Below, piece after piece: positions 28,186 through 41,597 of a DNA stretch of 64,000 bases. The notes beneath the pieces are model-generated. The model was not told where the DNA came from, searched no databases, and saw nothing but the letters and a program-made list of their open reading frames with translations. Source of the stretch: Octopus vulgaris. Its lineage: Eukaryota. The position numbers and the translations under genes were made by a program. The stretch covers positions 122,884,001 through 122,948,000 of the forward strand of contig OX597817.1 of the NCBI GenBank assembly GCA_951406725.2. Reading direction: 5' to 3'. Position 1 is the first letter of the stretch. The number at the start of each line of letters is the position of its first letter.

Positions 28186-28570
28186 TAGTTGCTTACCAAC
28201 CACATGGCTCTGGGTTCAGTCCCACTGCGTGGCACCTTGGGCAAGTGTCTTTTACTATAGCCTCAGGCTGACCAAAGCCTTGTGAGTGGATTTGGTAGAC
28301 GGAAACTAAAAGAAGCCTGTCATATATATGTATATGTATATATATGTGTGTGTTTGTGTGTCTGTGTTTGTCCTCCCCCCAACATCGCTTGACAACCGAT
28401 GCTGGTGTGTTTAGGTCTCTGTAACTTAGTGGTTTGGTAAAAGACACCGATAGAATAAGTACTAGGCTTACAAAGAATAAGTCCTAGGGTCGATTTGCTC
28501 GACTAAAGGTGGTGCTCCAGCCTGGCCGCAGTCCAATGACTGAAACAAGTAAAAGAGTAAAAACAGAGTA
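28186..28570 (+). mobile_element. SINE family 1
   Basis: Matches 18049-18426. Confidence 0.88.
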
Positions 28571-28595
28571 TATGCATATATATATATATAGTGTG

Positions 28596-28655
<60 letters not shown>

Positions 28656-28850
28656 ATGTGTAATTGTAAGATCCAAGTAACTCTGTGTAGGAAGTTAGTA
28701 AGCTTGAAGCAGTCTGTGGTAGGTATAAAAAACAACTTCCAGGATCAATAATAGTTTATTGACGTAGAAGGTTGAAGGTTTTTCCCATTACGAAGTTTGG
28801 TAAGCTGAAAAAAAGTTATTCTATAGTTTACGATTAAAAACTATGAAATG

Positions 28851-29150
28851 CAAATAAAAATCCAAATTAAGTCAATGGAGTAGGTAAGTCCAGACTACAT
28901 ATGTTCCTTGGCTATCAGAACTTTGGTAGTTATAATTACTCAATGAGTGGTACTCCACTAGCCACTCATCATGCTGAAGATACCTTAGTTAAATGAAGGT
29001 TACATTGTCTTTAAGGTGTCTCATCTTCAGCTTGATGAGTTGCTTGTGGGATGCCCTTTGTTGGGTGATTATTATTTCTGAAGTTCTGATAGCTAGGAAA
29101 CAAATGTAGTCTGGATTTTACTTGCTTCATTCCCTCAACTTAGACTATTT
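28851..29150. repeat. Diverged fold-back inverted repeat (arms of about 135 bp)
   Basis: TCCAGACTACAT..GCTATCAGAACTT..CTCATCATGCTGAAGAT vs ATCTTCAGCTTGATGAG..AAGTTCTGATAGC..ATGTAGTCTGGA. Confidence 0.8.
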
Positions 29151-29274
29151 GTGTACATATATATGTATGTATATTTATACACCTATATATGTATATGTAT
29201 GTACACACGTATATGTTGTGCTTTCTATTACTATTTTCTGTTTATCTGTCTATAAGTTATATTTCTCAGTATAT

Positions 29275-30085
29275 GAAATTCAAATTGTGTCCCTAGATAA
29301 ATAACATTTTTTTCTTTCCTAGCAGTTATTCTACTTCAGTGCAGTATCAATTCCATTCATATGACACCAACACATGCTAAATGATGCGGAACAATCCCTC
29401 TTGTCGAAGCTCTGTTGTTATGTTCAGATTTGAGTATAAAAGCCAGTTGTGAGAATAGGTGAGAGTGAAAATTGAAGAGAGGGAGAGAGACAGAGATAGA
29501 CAGAGAGAGAGAGAGACAGACAGACAGAGAGAGGGAGAGTGGGGGAGAGAAAGAATCAATCCTAGTATTAAACAGACTTGAAAGGAGAAACAGCAAAGTT
29601 GATTCCAGTGTGATTTGAATTCAGAGCAAAAGGGACTGAAGCAAATGTCAAATTATATATTATATATTGAATTAAGCCAGTTATGCATTCTTTCACTATG
29701 TTAGTCATAACATTTATATTTTAACCCTTTAGCATTTAAACTGGTCATATTTGGCCCCCAAATTTTTCCATTTTTATGTTCAAACAAGCCAGATGTTTCT
29801 CACATCAACCCTACATTGTCATTTTGAAACTAAGCAATCGAAATCTCACAGCTACAAGGTAGTGCATGATTAATTTAAAACAATGTGAATAAATAAGCAT
29901 TGCATTTGAGAGAGAAATCTGAATGCCAAAAGGTGAAGTTAGAATCATGACATTCTTCTATTTCTATTCCTTGAGTCATTATGCTGGCTTTATATTGGGT
30001 TTATTTTTAAAACTGCTATTCAGGAGTATCTTGTTATAGCATCAAGTGACAGTTTTTAATCTAGTATCTTTCTCACATGATTAAG
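29275..30085 (+). pseudogene. Degenerate RhoGAP-domain relic interrupted by repeats
   Basis: C-terminal FILGLFLKLL..HQVTVFNLV (30040-30066) resembles NQMTAFNLA; weaker N-terminal piece near 29275-29440. Confidence 0.4.
29721..29937. mobile_element. piggyBac-type MITE
   Basis: TTAA-CCCTTTAGCATT start and AATGCCAAAAGG end; a related TTAACCC end occurs at about 2469. Confidence 0.6.
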
Positions 30086-30363
30086 AAATATGCTTATACA
30101 TATAATGAAAGTGAAGGTTCTGCCACTTCACTGCTTCAATTTTTCTCCTTGTACTAATCCAAAGAAATTATTATTAATAGATATCAGAATGGTGAACAAC
30201 GGTGAATAGTAGGATGTTTTTGTTAATGGTTTAATGAAGACAATGAAATTTGCATGAATGATGTTTGAGGATTCTCTAAGCTCAATGCATTTGATATCTA
30301 TTTTGAAACAACTACAAGTCAATAACTGTTCCAAAATAATGAGCAAGGTAAGAGTTTTAGGAG

Positions 30364-30615
30364 TGGAGGCATGCGGCTTATTGGTTAGGGTGTCAGCATC
30401 ATGATCGTAAGATTGTGGTTTTGATTCCTGGACTGGGTGACTCATTGTGTTCTTGAGCAAAACACTTCATTTCATGTTGCTCCAGTCCACTCAGCTGGCA
30501 AAAATGAGTAACGCTGTGATGGACTGGCATCCCATCCAGGTGGGGAACACATACGCCATTGAAACCGGGAAACCAGCCCAATGGGACTGGTTGGCTTTAA
30601 AAGGGTGCATTTATT
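30364..30615 (+). mobile_element. tRNA-derived SINE
   Basis: GGAGGCATGCGGCTTATTGGTTAGGG head plus GTGTTCTTGAGCAAAACACTTC core; antisense relatives at 31215-31397, 41145-41345 and 43520-43730. Confidence 0.8.
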
Positions 30616-30629
30616 TATTTTAAGAGTTT

Positions 30630-30840
30630 TAGAAGCTGAAATCCTGAAGGATAAGGATTGGGTATAGCAGTTAGTGTGGAGACCTGGTGTTGGAATGGTA
30701 TAGCTGTCAAGAGGAGGAGAGAAGAATTAATCAGGTGAGCTTGGGTGAAGATAATAATGAACCAGCATGGTTTGAAGACCAGAAGCTATGTATTACCTGA
30801 AGAAAAAGCAAAATTAAAAGGTTGCACGTCTGTAGCCTAC
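30630..30840 (-). mobile_element. Old LINE (CR1/L2/Jockey-like) C-terminal relic
   Basis: YRRATF*FCFFFR*Y ... YTIPTPGLHTNCYTQSLSFRISA; 31540-31830 reads like a second relic of the same region. Confidence 0.5.
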
Positions 30841-30869
30841 TGGTTTCATGGCATATATATACATATATT

Positions 30870-31202
30870 GACTGGCCTCCATGCTGAGGGCACGTAACAA
30901 ACACCATCCGAGCGTGGCTGTTCGCCAGCCTCGTCTGGCACCTGTGTTGGTGGCACATAAGAAAACACCATCCAAGCGTGGTCGTCTGCCAGCCTCGTCT
31001 GGCACCTGTGTCGGTGGCACATAAAATCACCCACTACACTCTCGGAGTGGTTGGCGTTAGGAAGGGCATCCAGCTGTAGAAACACTGCCAGATCTGACTG
31101 GCCTGGTGCAACCTTCGGGCTTGCCAGACCCCAGTTGAACCGTCCAACCCATGCTAGCATGGAAAGCGGACGTTAAACGATGATGATGATGATGATGATG
31201 AT
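30870..31202 (+). mobile_element. RTE LINE 3' end, young
   Basis: Tandem unit of about 60 bp (GCCAGCCTCGTCTGGCACCTGTG), conserved tail, (ATG)n. Confidence 0.85.
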
Positions 31203-33134
31203 ATATATATATTCCTCACCTGGACAGGACGCTAGTCTATTGCAGGATTACTCATTTTTGCCAACTGAGTGGACTGGAGCAACGTGAAATGAAGTGTTTT
31301 GCTCAAGAACACAACATATCACCTAGTTCTGGAATCAAAACCACAATCATATGATGATGAGTCTAACACCCTAAACACTAAGCCATGTGCCTTCACAATT
31401 GTTCCATCACTGCCCAGTTAATTGGTTTGCCTTTTGGGAGGTAAGATGTGGTCTAGATATTTTATGTATAACAACTGCACTGCCCAGATGTGGCAACACT
31501 AATCTTTTCTGAGTCTCATGACTTTTATATAAAGTTAGTTCAATTCAGAAGTATGTTTTGGCTCTGAAGCAGAAGGCTATATTTAGGTTGTAGTTTTATT
31601 TCCGGTGTTCTGAATATGAAATCATCAGGAGACTTAAACAAGGGTTTGACTTTACTCATCAGTTTTGATGATATTTCATGGTTTAATTGCAAGAAAAATT
31701 GAAGTACAGATGATATTCTCTGTAGGGGCTTCTGAGACTGCAAGGGAAAAGAGAGAAAAATGAAGTCTCTTGAGTTGCTGCAGTAGGAAGTAGTGCAGTA
31801 CATCCACGTATTCTCAGATTTTAGACCTGAGCTGAATGAATGCAACAAAGTAGACCCTTGTTAAATTTACCCCAAGACCAGTTAATTAACTGAGTACCAC
31901 TCGAATATTGAGGCTGACTTAAATGATGTGCTTTCTTCCAGAGGTAGTATCCTTGGACTTATGCAAAATAAATCCATATTACATTGTTTTGCTTGCAATT
32001 GAAATTGCCTTCCATCTACTATTGAATACAAGAGTTCTAGCCAGAACAGCCAGTTGTATTACAAATTGTCTGTGCTACCATTATCTTCACACTCATTGTT
32101 GATGCTAATTTCTACAAACTCACTTTTTGTTCTCCATTTCAGTAATAAGAAAACATTTGCAAGTCTTTTTTTTTTTTTTTTTTTTTATAATTCTCTTTTA
32201 TTGTTTTTGTTTTGTTTGTTTTTCCTTTTACTCTCTTCCGATGTTCTTTCTCTTTTTTTTTTTTTTTTCCTTGAAATTCTTGGATGAATAGTGCTGTTTT
32301 CCAATTGTTGTAGGCAAAAGAAAATTTTGCGATGAAATGAAAGCATTGAAAAACTTGCAGGAGCCACCTAAACTGTCTAGGTTAGTGGACAATACAAACA
32401 TCTCCAATGACAAGTTAAGGAGACGTGCAGACTACAAAACAGCCTGTTCATGGATTTTTGCTTAAAGAGACCAAATGACATGCTAACAAAAGGTAGAATG
32501 ACAGAATCTAATATTGTACTTGATCGAATGAAAAGAAATTGTTTTAAAACAAAAATTTAAAAAAATCAAAAATTGAAAGCAAAACAATAATCTAGTTAAA
32601 AGAATTTTTAAAAATCTGAATGATATCAGTTGGGTGATATTCTTATTTACTCAAAGACAAACAAAAGATGAAATGAGTGAGAAATCATAAGACAAGGCAG
32701 GCAGAACAAAAATCAATAAGATATACACAATATGAACAGAAAACTTACGCAGTCTGTAATATGGATTAAGTCTTTTATGGGAATATTTCTATATTAATAT
32801 TTGTAGTAATTAGGTGTGAGGTATTTAATTGATTTGCAATATACATGAAATTCTGGTTTTAAAGCTAAATTAAGTTCTCGTCTATTAACTGACAAACAAA
32901 CATCTTTTCAATTTTCTCTGTTTACTCAGGATTTTAATGTGATAAATGGAAAGTATATCAATGTAATATTCTAGTGCTTCTTATGATTAAAGACGACGAG
33001 GACATGGTAAAGGATAAAAATCACGAGACTATCTAAGTTAAAATTTGAGAGAACACCTGAAAATATAGTGATTATATATAACACATACTCAAGTACACTT
33101 GTACATCATTGTTACTATATATATATATATATAT

Positions 33135-33530
33135 ATCTTTACTCTTTTATTTGTTTCAGTCATTAGACTGTGTGGCTATGCTGGAGTACTGCCTTGAAGA
33201 GTTTATAGTCAAATGTATCAACCCCAAGGTCGACTTTGCCTTTCATCCTTTCAGAGTCGATAAGTTAAGTACCAATTCTGCACTGTGGTCGATATAATCG
33301 ACTTAATCTGTTTGTCTGTCCTTGTTTGTCCTCTCTGTGTTTAGCCCCTTGTGGGTAGTAAAGAAATATATATAAAATGGGCTTCTTTCAGTTTTCATCT
33401 ACCAAATCCATTTACAAGGCTTTGGTTGGGCTGAGACTATAGTAGAAGACACTTGACCAAGGTGCCACACAGTGGGACTGAACCCAGAACCATGTGGTTA
33501 GGAAGCAAGCTTCTTACCACACAACCACAC
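33135..33530 (-). mobile_element. SINE family 1 with an embedded family 2 fragment
   Basis: Family 1 tail and head on the minus strand flank a plus-strand family 2 body (33225-33365). Confidence 0.75.
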
Positions 33531-33613
33531 ATATATATACATACACACACACACATACATATACATACACACACACACACATACACATACATACACACAC
33601 ATACATACATACA

Positions 33614-33647
<34 letters not shown>

Positions 33648-33649
33648 GA

Positions 33650-34835
33650 TCTTAGTAAGTAGGGAGACTGACAAATCACAGCTCCTTTCAGGTAGATGGC
33701 CCTGCTCGGTCTGCAGAAAAGGCTTAGGTAGAAACTCCATAAGATGCACTTGGTGTAAGCTTTGGACACATAAGAGATGCAGCAATATCAGAGGAAGGTT
33801 AACAGGGAAAATAGCTTTTGTATGTGGACAATGTGCAGGTACAATAAATACTGAAAATGTACAGAAAATAGACTCCATCAACTGCCAGTGGGGTAAACTA
33901 GAAGTAGTAGCTCGCTTCCATTATCTAGGTGGCAAAGTTAGTAGCACTGGTTGATGTTCTGTGAGTGTAGTTGTGAAAATAAGATCAGAGCTCCTACCTC
34001 TGCTGGCAACAAAGGGTCTCTCTCTCAGAGTGAAAGGCAGATTGTATGATGCCTGTGTGCAAATGGCTATGCTACATGGCAGTGAAACATGGGCTGTGAC
34101 AGCCAAGGACATCATGTTTAACAGAGTGTAAGCACCTTGAGAGAAAAGTTGGGCATAAGAGGCATCAGATATGGTGTGCAAGAGAGACAACTGCATTGGT
34201 ATCGTCATGTGATGCATATGGACGAGGACAGCAGTGTAAAGAAGTGCCGATCTCTAACTGTGGAGAGAACCTATGGAAAAGGTAAACTCAGGAAGACATG
34301 GGATGATGTGGTGAAGCATGATCTTCTAACTTTGAACCTCACCAAGGTAATGGCTAGCAACTGAGACCTTTGGAGATATGCTGTGCTTAAGAAGACCCTT
34401 AAAATCAAGTGTAATCGTAGTCGTGGCTTATGCTGGTGTCATGTAACTGGCACCCATATCAGTGGTACATAAAAAGCACCTATTGAGCATTAGGCCTCAC
34501 AGAGGTAAAGTGACTGAGCTCCTTTTAATTGTTGGGCCTCACAGATGCAATGACCAAGACCTTTGGCATTACGTCATGCTTGAGAAGAAGACCCATCAAG
34601 CCAAGTATAATTGCAGTTGTAGCAGATACCATTGTCACACAAATGGCATCTGTGCTGGTGGCATGCAAAAGTGCCCACTACACTCTTGGAGTGGTTGGTA
34701 TTAGGAAGGGTATCCAGCTGTAAAAACTCATGCCAAATCAAACTGGAGTCTGGTGTAGCCTTCCAGCTTGCTAGACATGGTCAAACCATCCAACCCATGT
34801 CAGCATGGACAACGGATGTTAAATGATGATGATGA
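33650..34835 (+). mobile_element. RTE LINE 3' portion with a Cys/His-rich (PHD-like) insert
   Basis: WPCSVCRKGLGRNSIRCTWCKLWTHKRCS..FVCGQC, FHYLG, KGRLYDACV..MLHGSETW, REKLGI..WYRHV; 3' UTR + (ATG)n. Confidence 0.9.
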
Positions 34836-36837
34836 TATATATATTCTTCTGCTTTTTTGTTCATATCAAAAAGATAAGAAATGTACTTAAATACTTATAT
34901 TCCTATACCAGCTAATATTTGCTAATATTCAAATTTATTTTAATCTTTGTGATTCTCACCTTGTTGTGCAATTTTAAAGTGTTTCCATTTTAATCCTTTT
35001 TTCCTCTTTTTTCCCCACTCACTTTTTATTTATTTTATCTTTTGTCTTTCTAATACATCTTCTTGCACCCATTTCAACTACTTCCCTTCTCCTCTTCCAT
35101 CTCCTCTAAATTCCACTCTTCATTTCATTTTCGACAAGCGTATATTAATGCATTATCTGTAATTGTCAAATTTGTTACAACAATTGTAGCTTGCTTCCTA
35201 ACCACATGGTTCCGGGTTCAGTCCCACTGTGTGGCACCTTGGTCAAGTGTCTTCTACTATATCCTACAAAATCCTCAGATTTATTTATGCTTAATAGATT
35301 CAATCACTTTGATGTTCAGATGTAGAGTATGTTTTTTCTTCAAGAATTTCTCAATGTTCATCCTTGTCTACCATCATTCAAAGACTGAAGCTAAGAAAGT
35401 CAGGGTTACAATTTATGATGTTTTATCTCCCTCTTTTGCAATCTCTCTTTATCAAATACTCTATCTCTTTCTGTTTTATCTGTCTGTCTCTCACACACAG
35501 ACAGGCATACATATCACAATGAGAGTCATCTTTAATTTTTGGGGGTCAGACGTGATTAAGCAGCCTTGTAATTCAAAGCTACTCCAACCTCAAGCATTCA
35601 GCCTTTTTTTATTTTTTCTAGCATAGTGTCTTTACATTTATATTATCCAGCGTGTCATTCTCCCTTTGAAGATGTGTGAGATTTGGTTAACATTTCTTGC
35701 ATAAAGAATGGCTACGTACCTGCTTCACCACTGGCTTGTATATGCTAATAGTGCTTATAAATAGTAATGCTAGATTACTATCAATATCTGTGCTTTATAT
35801 AATTTGCTTCACACAGATTTAAATTGTTTACATGACTACAAAAGAAGAAACAGAAGGTGGCTACATATTTTTATTGAAGATCAAATAGCAAGAGCTCTTA
35901 AGTGGTGGCTTTAAACGGAATATTTGAGAATCTTTAACAGATATTTGTAAGGATGTCAACAGGTTGACATGAGTTGAAAATTGTATATGATGGACAGATA
36001 ACATATTTTGTTACAAATATCAAATTTCTTTAAACCGATTAAAGAGAAATCTGATCTAATAATCAACTGTCAAATAGATTTTAAAGGCGTAATGATGGTT
36101 TCTACAGAATGTCAAAGGAAATAAAATTCTCTGCAGGTTGAGGTATGTTTTAAATAGAGGCTCTCCAACGACTATATAACTGATAGCTTTTCCTTCTTAT
36201 TACTGATATCAACAATAAATTCAAGAGAATTTGTGATGGTTTGTTTTGTAGCAAGATCTAGAATCACAATTTTAGAACTTCAGTAAGAAGGTCCGGATCA
36301 CACTGAGGTCTGGCAACATATCCTGGATATTAACCAATCAGATTGCTGGAATGTAACTCCATACCATAGAATGTTTGATGAGGTTCCTCTGTCATGGGGT
36401 TTATAAAAGCGAAATCATACCAAAATTGGTGCTGAGGTTTGTGTAGATTTTGGAATAGATAGATGAACACAAGATTCTTGGTCCCTATGCAGCCTGTGTT
36501 TAAAAGAATCACTTCCTTACTGCACTTTCCAAACATGCATCATGAACTCAACAGCTTCACTTCTTACTACATAAATAAGTAACCAGTCATAAACACATCA
36601 GAAAGTAACACCTCAGAAGCACAAGCAACAAGCTCTTTACATCAACAAATTTTCCTAGAATGGCCAAAGTATTATTCCTGCCTCTCATGTAAAACTAATG
36701 TCTTCTGTTAGAAATATAAAAACGAACTATATTCATCTTTAGCACAACAGTTTATACTATTATCAAGCCACAATTAAATATGTAAATATTGAAATAAACA
36801 TGAAAAATAAGTATTTCTTCAACAATGTTTCATATTG

Positions 36838-37003
36838 GTTTATTTTGGGACAACACAGCTAAACTTAGACAGCTTCAACAAAAAGTTATTCAGTAAAGTT
36901 TGAAAATTGGATAAACTATTCATCAGAAAGGGAAACTATTCTGTGATATTTTGTAAGTGGCAAATATGCAAAGTTATTATAGCTTAAAGCAAAATGTCTA
37001 GCA
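36838..37003 (+). pseudogene. Degenerate RhoGAP N-terminal relic
   Basis: TIHQKGKLFCDIL*VANMQSYYSLKQNV aligns to the recalled ARHGAP20-like LNQKGPLTKGIFRQSANVKSCRELKEKL. Confidence 0.5.
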
Positions 37004-37150
37004 GTATTTGGTTTGGTTCATAATTATGTGTCCAAATAAGTTAAGATAAACTTTCCTGCCATCCTTTTGGCGGTTGCCAAAATTAAATATAAGTCCAGGG
37101 CAGTAGACTGATGGAATTATTAGAGCACTGGATGAATATTTGTTCCAACT

Positions 37151-37365
37151 AAGGTGGTGAGCTGGCAGAAATGTTAGCAAGCCGGGCGAAATGCTTAGCG
37201 GTATTTCATCTGTCTTTATGTTCTGAGTTCAAATTCTGCCAAGGTCAATTTTGCTTTTCATCCTTTCAGGGTTGATAAATAAGTAGTAGTTGCATACTTG
37301 GGTCGATTCAATCAACAAGTCCCCTCTCCCAAAATTTCGGGCCTTGTGTCTAGAGTAGAAAAGAA
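37151..37365 (+). mobile_element. SINE family 2, monomer
   Basis: GGTGGTGAGCTGGCAGAAATGTTAGC head; flanking repeat TTTGTTCCAACTAA / TTTGTCCCAACTAA. Confidence 0.85.
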
Positions 37366-37429
37366 TTTTTGTCCCAACTAAAGCAGTGAGCTGGCACAAT
37401 TGCTAGCATGCCAGACAAAATACTCCAGT

Positions 37430-38480
37430 TACCATCAATTGGAAAATACTCTCACATGCACAGCCAGGCCAATGTAACAACGAACTCTGTCAACTTTATA
37501 GTAATGAATCTTACCACATTTTAACATTCATGGACGAAATTCTGAACTGAAACTCCAAACTAATTTCTTCTTTCAAGTAGTAAATCTTAAAAACACTAAA
37601 TCACTTCAAGCCAATAAATGTTTTAATAATTAAACACGTTAATATCTCACCAACTCTCCTCTCACCTCTATACCTTAAATTATCCCCATAATATGCATAA
37701 AAAATCACTTTGCATCTTTACACTAAACAAGTACTGTAGAAATTATCTATAAGTTTCCTTACTGCCAACCAATATCTGCACATAAAAATATATATTTGTA
37801 TACAAGCAACATGGAGACCCCTTTCTTTCTTATTTATCTATTTGTCCCATCTTTTTAAATACCGAGTTTTTAAATTTTGAACCTTTAAATCACTTTCTAA
37901 ATTAAATTTTATTATCATTCCTATTTTTATACATGGATCTATAGACATCTTTCATAATGCCCCACTTCTGCATATATTCAGAGGCCTAAAATAATATATT
38001 TTACCATACCAAAATTTGAAACAGAATTGTAGAAATATTTATAAGCACAACACAGAAACTCTACCTTCATAAAACACAAGAGTTAAAATTCTTCATACTA
38101 GTTAAATTGCTTATAGAACAATGAACACCTAGAAAGAAGCATACAGACCAACAACCTTTATACCACCACCACCACTTTGAGAAGTGTGCTTTTCCACCTG
38201 GTGCAGTCTGCCGCTAGGTCCTCCCAGATGTTGATGTCGATGTTGAGCACCTTCATGTCCCTCCTGCACACATCCTTGTACCAATAACTACCTACTTAAA
38301 GGGTACACACGTAAATATACACACCTGCTTTTAAAGTTCTACAAACATGGATAAATACTAAGCAATGAAAGAAACTCAAATTTAATCAATAAAAATTTCT
38401 CCAAAATACCTCTCCATGACAATCCAACCTAAAACCTTATCACCACTCTGCTCAAACCTACACACCCAAGGAAGATTTTT
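37430..38480 (+). mobile_element. Very old Penelope-like RT relic
   Basis: SLYT-like, METP-like and YR.DIF-like remnants in order. Confidence 0.35.
38175..38285 (-). mobile_element. RTE (BovB-like) C-terminal fragment
   Basis: YKDVCRRDMKVLNIDINIWEDLAADCTRW. Confidence 0.7.
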
Positions 38481-39254
38481 AAGTCAACAGAGACTGTATA
38501 GAGCCAAAATTAACTTCAGTGTATCACAGTCTGACAATAGTTTAATTGGCTGAAATTTCAAGCTTACTGTCAATAATACTCTTGTTTCAGAAGAATATAT
38601 ATATATATATTTATGTGCACAAACATACACACATAGATACATACATAGATACATACATACATATGTATATATATATACATACACACATACATACATATGT
38701 ATACATATACATACATACATATGTATACATATATATATACATACACACATACATACATATGTATACATATACATACATACATACATACATACATACGTAT
38801 GTATGTATGCATGTATATATAATTACATATATATATGCGTGTGTATGTAAATATACATATATACAAAAATTATATATGTGCATATATGAGTGCGTATATA
38901 CACGTTTCTCTCTTTCTCTCAATATATACACAAACCCACAATCACACACACACAGACACACACAAATACACACATACACGCACACACACACACACACATA
39001 CATTACAGTGTTACTTGAACAAGACAAGGAGAAAACTGCCCAGAGACTGGTGTTTTCTTCTCATTTTATACATAATAATTATAAACATTTCTACTAAAAT
39101 TATGGTAGCATAATTCAATTATATAACAAGAGCTGTTTATGCAATGAAGAAGATGGTAAGTTGGTACATTGCACACAAGATTCATATTGACTTGACAGAA
39201 GATTAGGTTGACCAAAAACAGGAAAGGAAACAATTCAGCTGCAACACCAGTAGC

Positions 39255-39745
39255 GGCATCATCATCATCATCATCGAAATTGTCGTTGTTGTCATCATCG
39301 TCATCATCATCAAAATTGTTATCATCATCATCATCATCTTCATTGTCGTCGTCATGTTCATGATCGTCATCATCATCATCATTGTCGTCATCATCGTTGT
39401 CATCATCATCATCATCATCATCATCGTTGTCATGTTCATGATTGTCATCATCATCATCATCATCGTCCTCATCATCATCATCATTGTCATCATCATCAAA
39501 ATTGTCATCATCATCATCATCGTGGTCGTCGTCGTCATTAACATCATTATCATCATCGTCATCATCGTCATTATCGTCATCACTGCCATCATCATTGTCA
39601 TCATTGTGATCATCATCATCATTGTCAACGTAATCAACACCATCATCATCATCGTCATCTTTGTCATCATTGTCATCACCATCATCCTCCTCATCAGTGA
39701 TGGTGGTTGTTGCAGTAGTAGTAGTAGTAGCAGCAGCAGCAGCAG
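39255..39745. repeat. Degenerate (ATC/GTC)n then (GTA/GCA)n trinucleotide array
   Basis: Directly visible; a smaller array lies at 40740-40880. Confidence 0.95.
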
Positions 39746-39899
39746 TAGATATTTCAATCCTCCTTCGTGCACAACAAAATAAAGTAAATCATGTCTTTTT
39801 ATTTGTTTTTTTAATTTTTCCATCTTGCAATGAAAAGAATATTTTAAACTTTAAAATATTCATATTTCTGAAGTGATGCAACTATGAAATATTTAATAA

Positions 39900-40200
39900 A
39901 ACAAATGTCTTTGACAAGTGAGGAAGGATTTGGAAATAATAATAATTTTGCCAGTGAATTCTAGTTAATGATTGGAAGATGTTAATAAACTATGAAGAAT
40001 TTCAGCTGCAATAGCAAATAGTATTATTTGCCAAAGGAGAGCAGTTATTCTAATTCGTTTTGGTCGTTATGGTGAATGGCATCGTGAGTTGTACACTATT
40101 GAAAGGTTTGAAGAACAAGGTCTTTCCTGACAAAGTACACCTAGATTAATAATTGCAGGGACCAAATGCTGGAAGTGAAAGCAGAATGGGGTGCTGACCT
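39900..40200 (-). mobile_element. L1/Tx1-like RT relic
   Basis: CSPL..IILFAIAAEILHSLL resembles GCPLSPLLF.IA.E.L. Confidence 0.4.
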
Positions 40201-40294
40201 CCAATAAATTTGTTTTTTTTATGAAAGGAGTGCAAAAATTGGCAAAACTGGCATGAACAAATTAGCCTTCTCTAAGTATATAGTAATAGCTCAG

Positions 40295-40455
40295 AAGTGG
40301 CTGTGTGGTAAGTAGCTTGGTTACCAACTGCATGGTTTTGGGTTCAGTTCCACTGTGTGGCACCTTGGGCAAGTATCTTCTGCTATAGCTTTGGGCTGAC
40401 CAAAGCCTTGTGAGTGGATTTGGTAGATGGAAACTGAAAGAAGATTGTCATATAC

Positions 40456-40486
<31 letters not shown>

Positions 40487-40730
40487 CGACACAGTATTGT
40501 CCATTTTTGCTGTTTGTCCATGTGTGTGTGTGTGTGTGTTTGTGTGTCTGTGTTTGTCCCTGCCCCAACATCGCTTGACAACCAATGCTAGTGTGTTTAA
40601 GTCCCTGTAACTTAGCAGTTTGGTATAAGAAGCTGATAGAATAAGTCCTGGAGTCGATTTGTTTGACTAAAAGCAGTGCTCCAGTATGACCACAGTCAAA
40701 AGACGAAAACAAATAAAATTAAAAAAAGAA
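40295..40730 (+). mobile_element. SINE family 1, CpG-decayed
   Basis: Matches family 1 with CpG to TpG/CpA changes. Confidence 0.85.
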
Positions 40731-41563
40731 TAATGAATGTAAGTAGTAGTTGTAGTAGTAGTAGTAGTAGTAGAAGTAGTAGACATTTTGACTCTTGTTC
40801 TTGCTACTATCACCATCATCATCATTGTCATCATCGTCATCATTGTCATCATCATCCTCAACATCATCATCATCATCGTCTTTGGTTCTTATCTAAGTTC
40901 AGTCCAAGCTATTAGGAAGCTTCATAAAAATGATTTCCATAGTAACGAAAATCTAAAATATTGTGCTATTAATTCAAATAACATCATGACTGGTGTATGT
41001 TTTTACTGTATATAATATGTAACATATTCATAAAAATGAAAAAGTGGACACACACACATACACACAAACACACACACACATACACGGACAAACAGCAAAA
41101 ATGGATAATACTGTGTCATGTCCCAAGGACTCTAGTGGCTGGTTTCCTGGTTTCCATGGTGTATAAGAAACCGAAAACACAACATTCGCCTTGAATGGAA
41201 TGTCAGTCAGTTGCAGGGTTTCTCATTTGCAGCTGAGTGAACTGGAGTAACATGAAATGAAGTGTTTTGCTCAAGAATACAATACACACCACCTGGTGTG
41301 GAAATCAAAACAATAATCTTGCAATGATGTGTGCTACATCCTATTCATATGTTTATATATATATATATATATAAAAACTATCAGTTGCCATGATAGATCT
41401 TTAGCCACTACGCACATATTTTTTCTCGTTTTTTCTGTGTCCCTTTCTGTAGAAGAGCGGAGGCTCGAAACAAAAGACTTTTTCTATTCCTGAGCATTAC
41501 ACTAATACATCTGTTTGTTTTGTACACTACCTGTCTTCGTCTTTTGTTTTTTTCATAAACTCT

Positions 41564-41593
<30 letters not shown>

Positions 41594-41597
<4 letters not shown>

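Noticed and set aside
30895-31025. CRISPR-like repeats
   Set aside because: Tandem units in an RTE 3' UTR without unique spacers, in a eukaryotic context.
31540-31848. 102-aa ORF as a host exon
   Set aside because: It resembles the C-terminal region of the old LINE relic at 30630-30840; no recognisable host protein.
35063-35626. 187-aa ORF as a gene
   Set aside because: It is a chimera of low-complexity DNA, a SINE fragment and at most a weak RhoGAP-like relic.
41440-41480. Functional hammerhead (GAGC-GGAG-GCTC-GAAAC)
   Set aside because: The core reads CTGTAGA and stem III and the cleavage triplet are missing; at most a dead relic.
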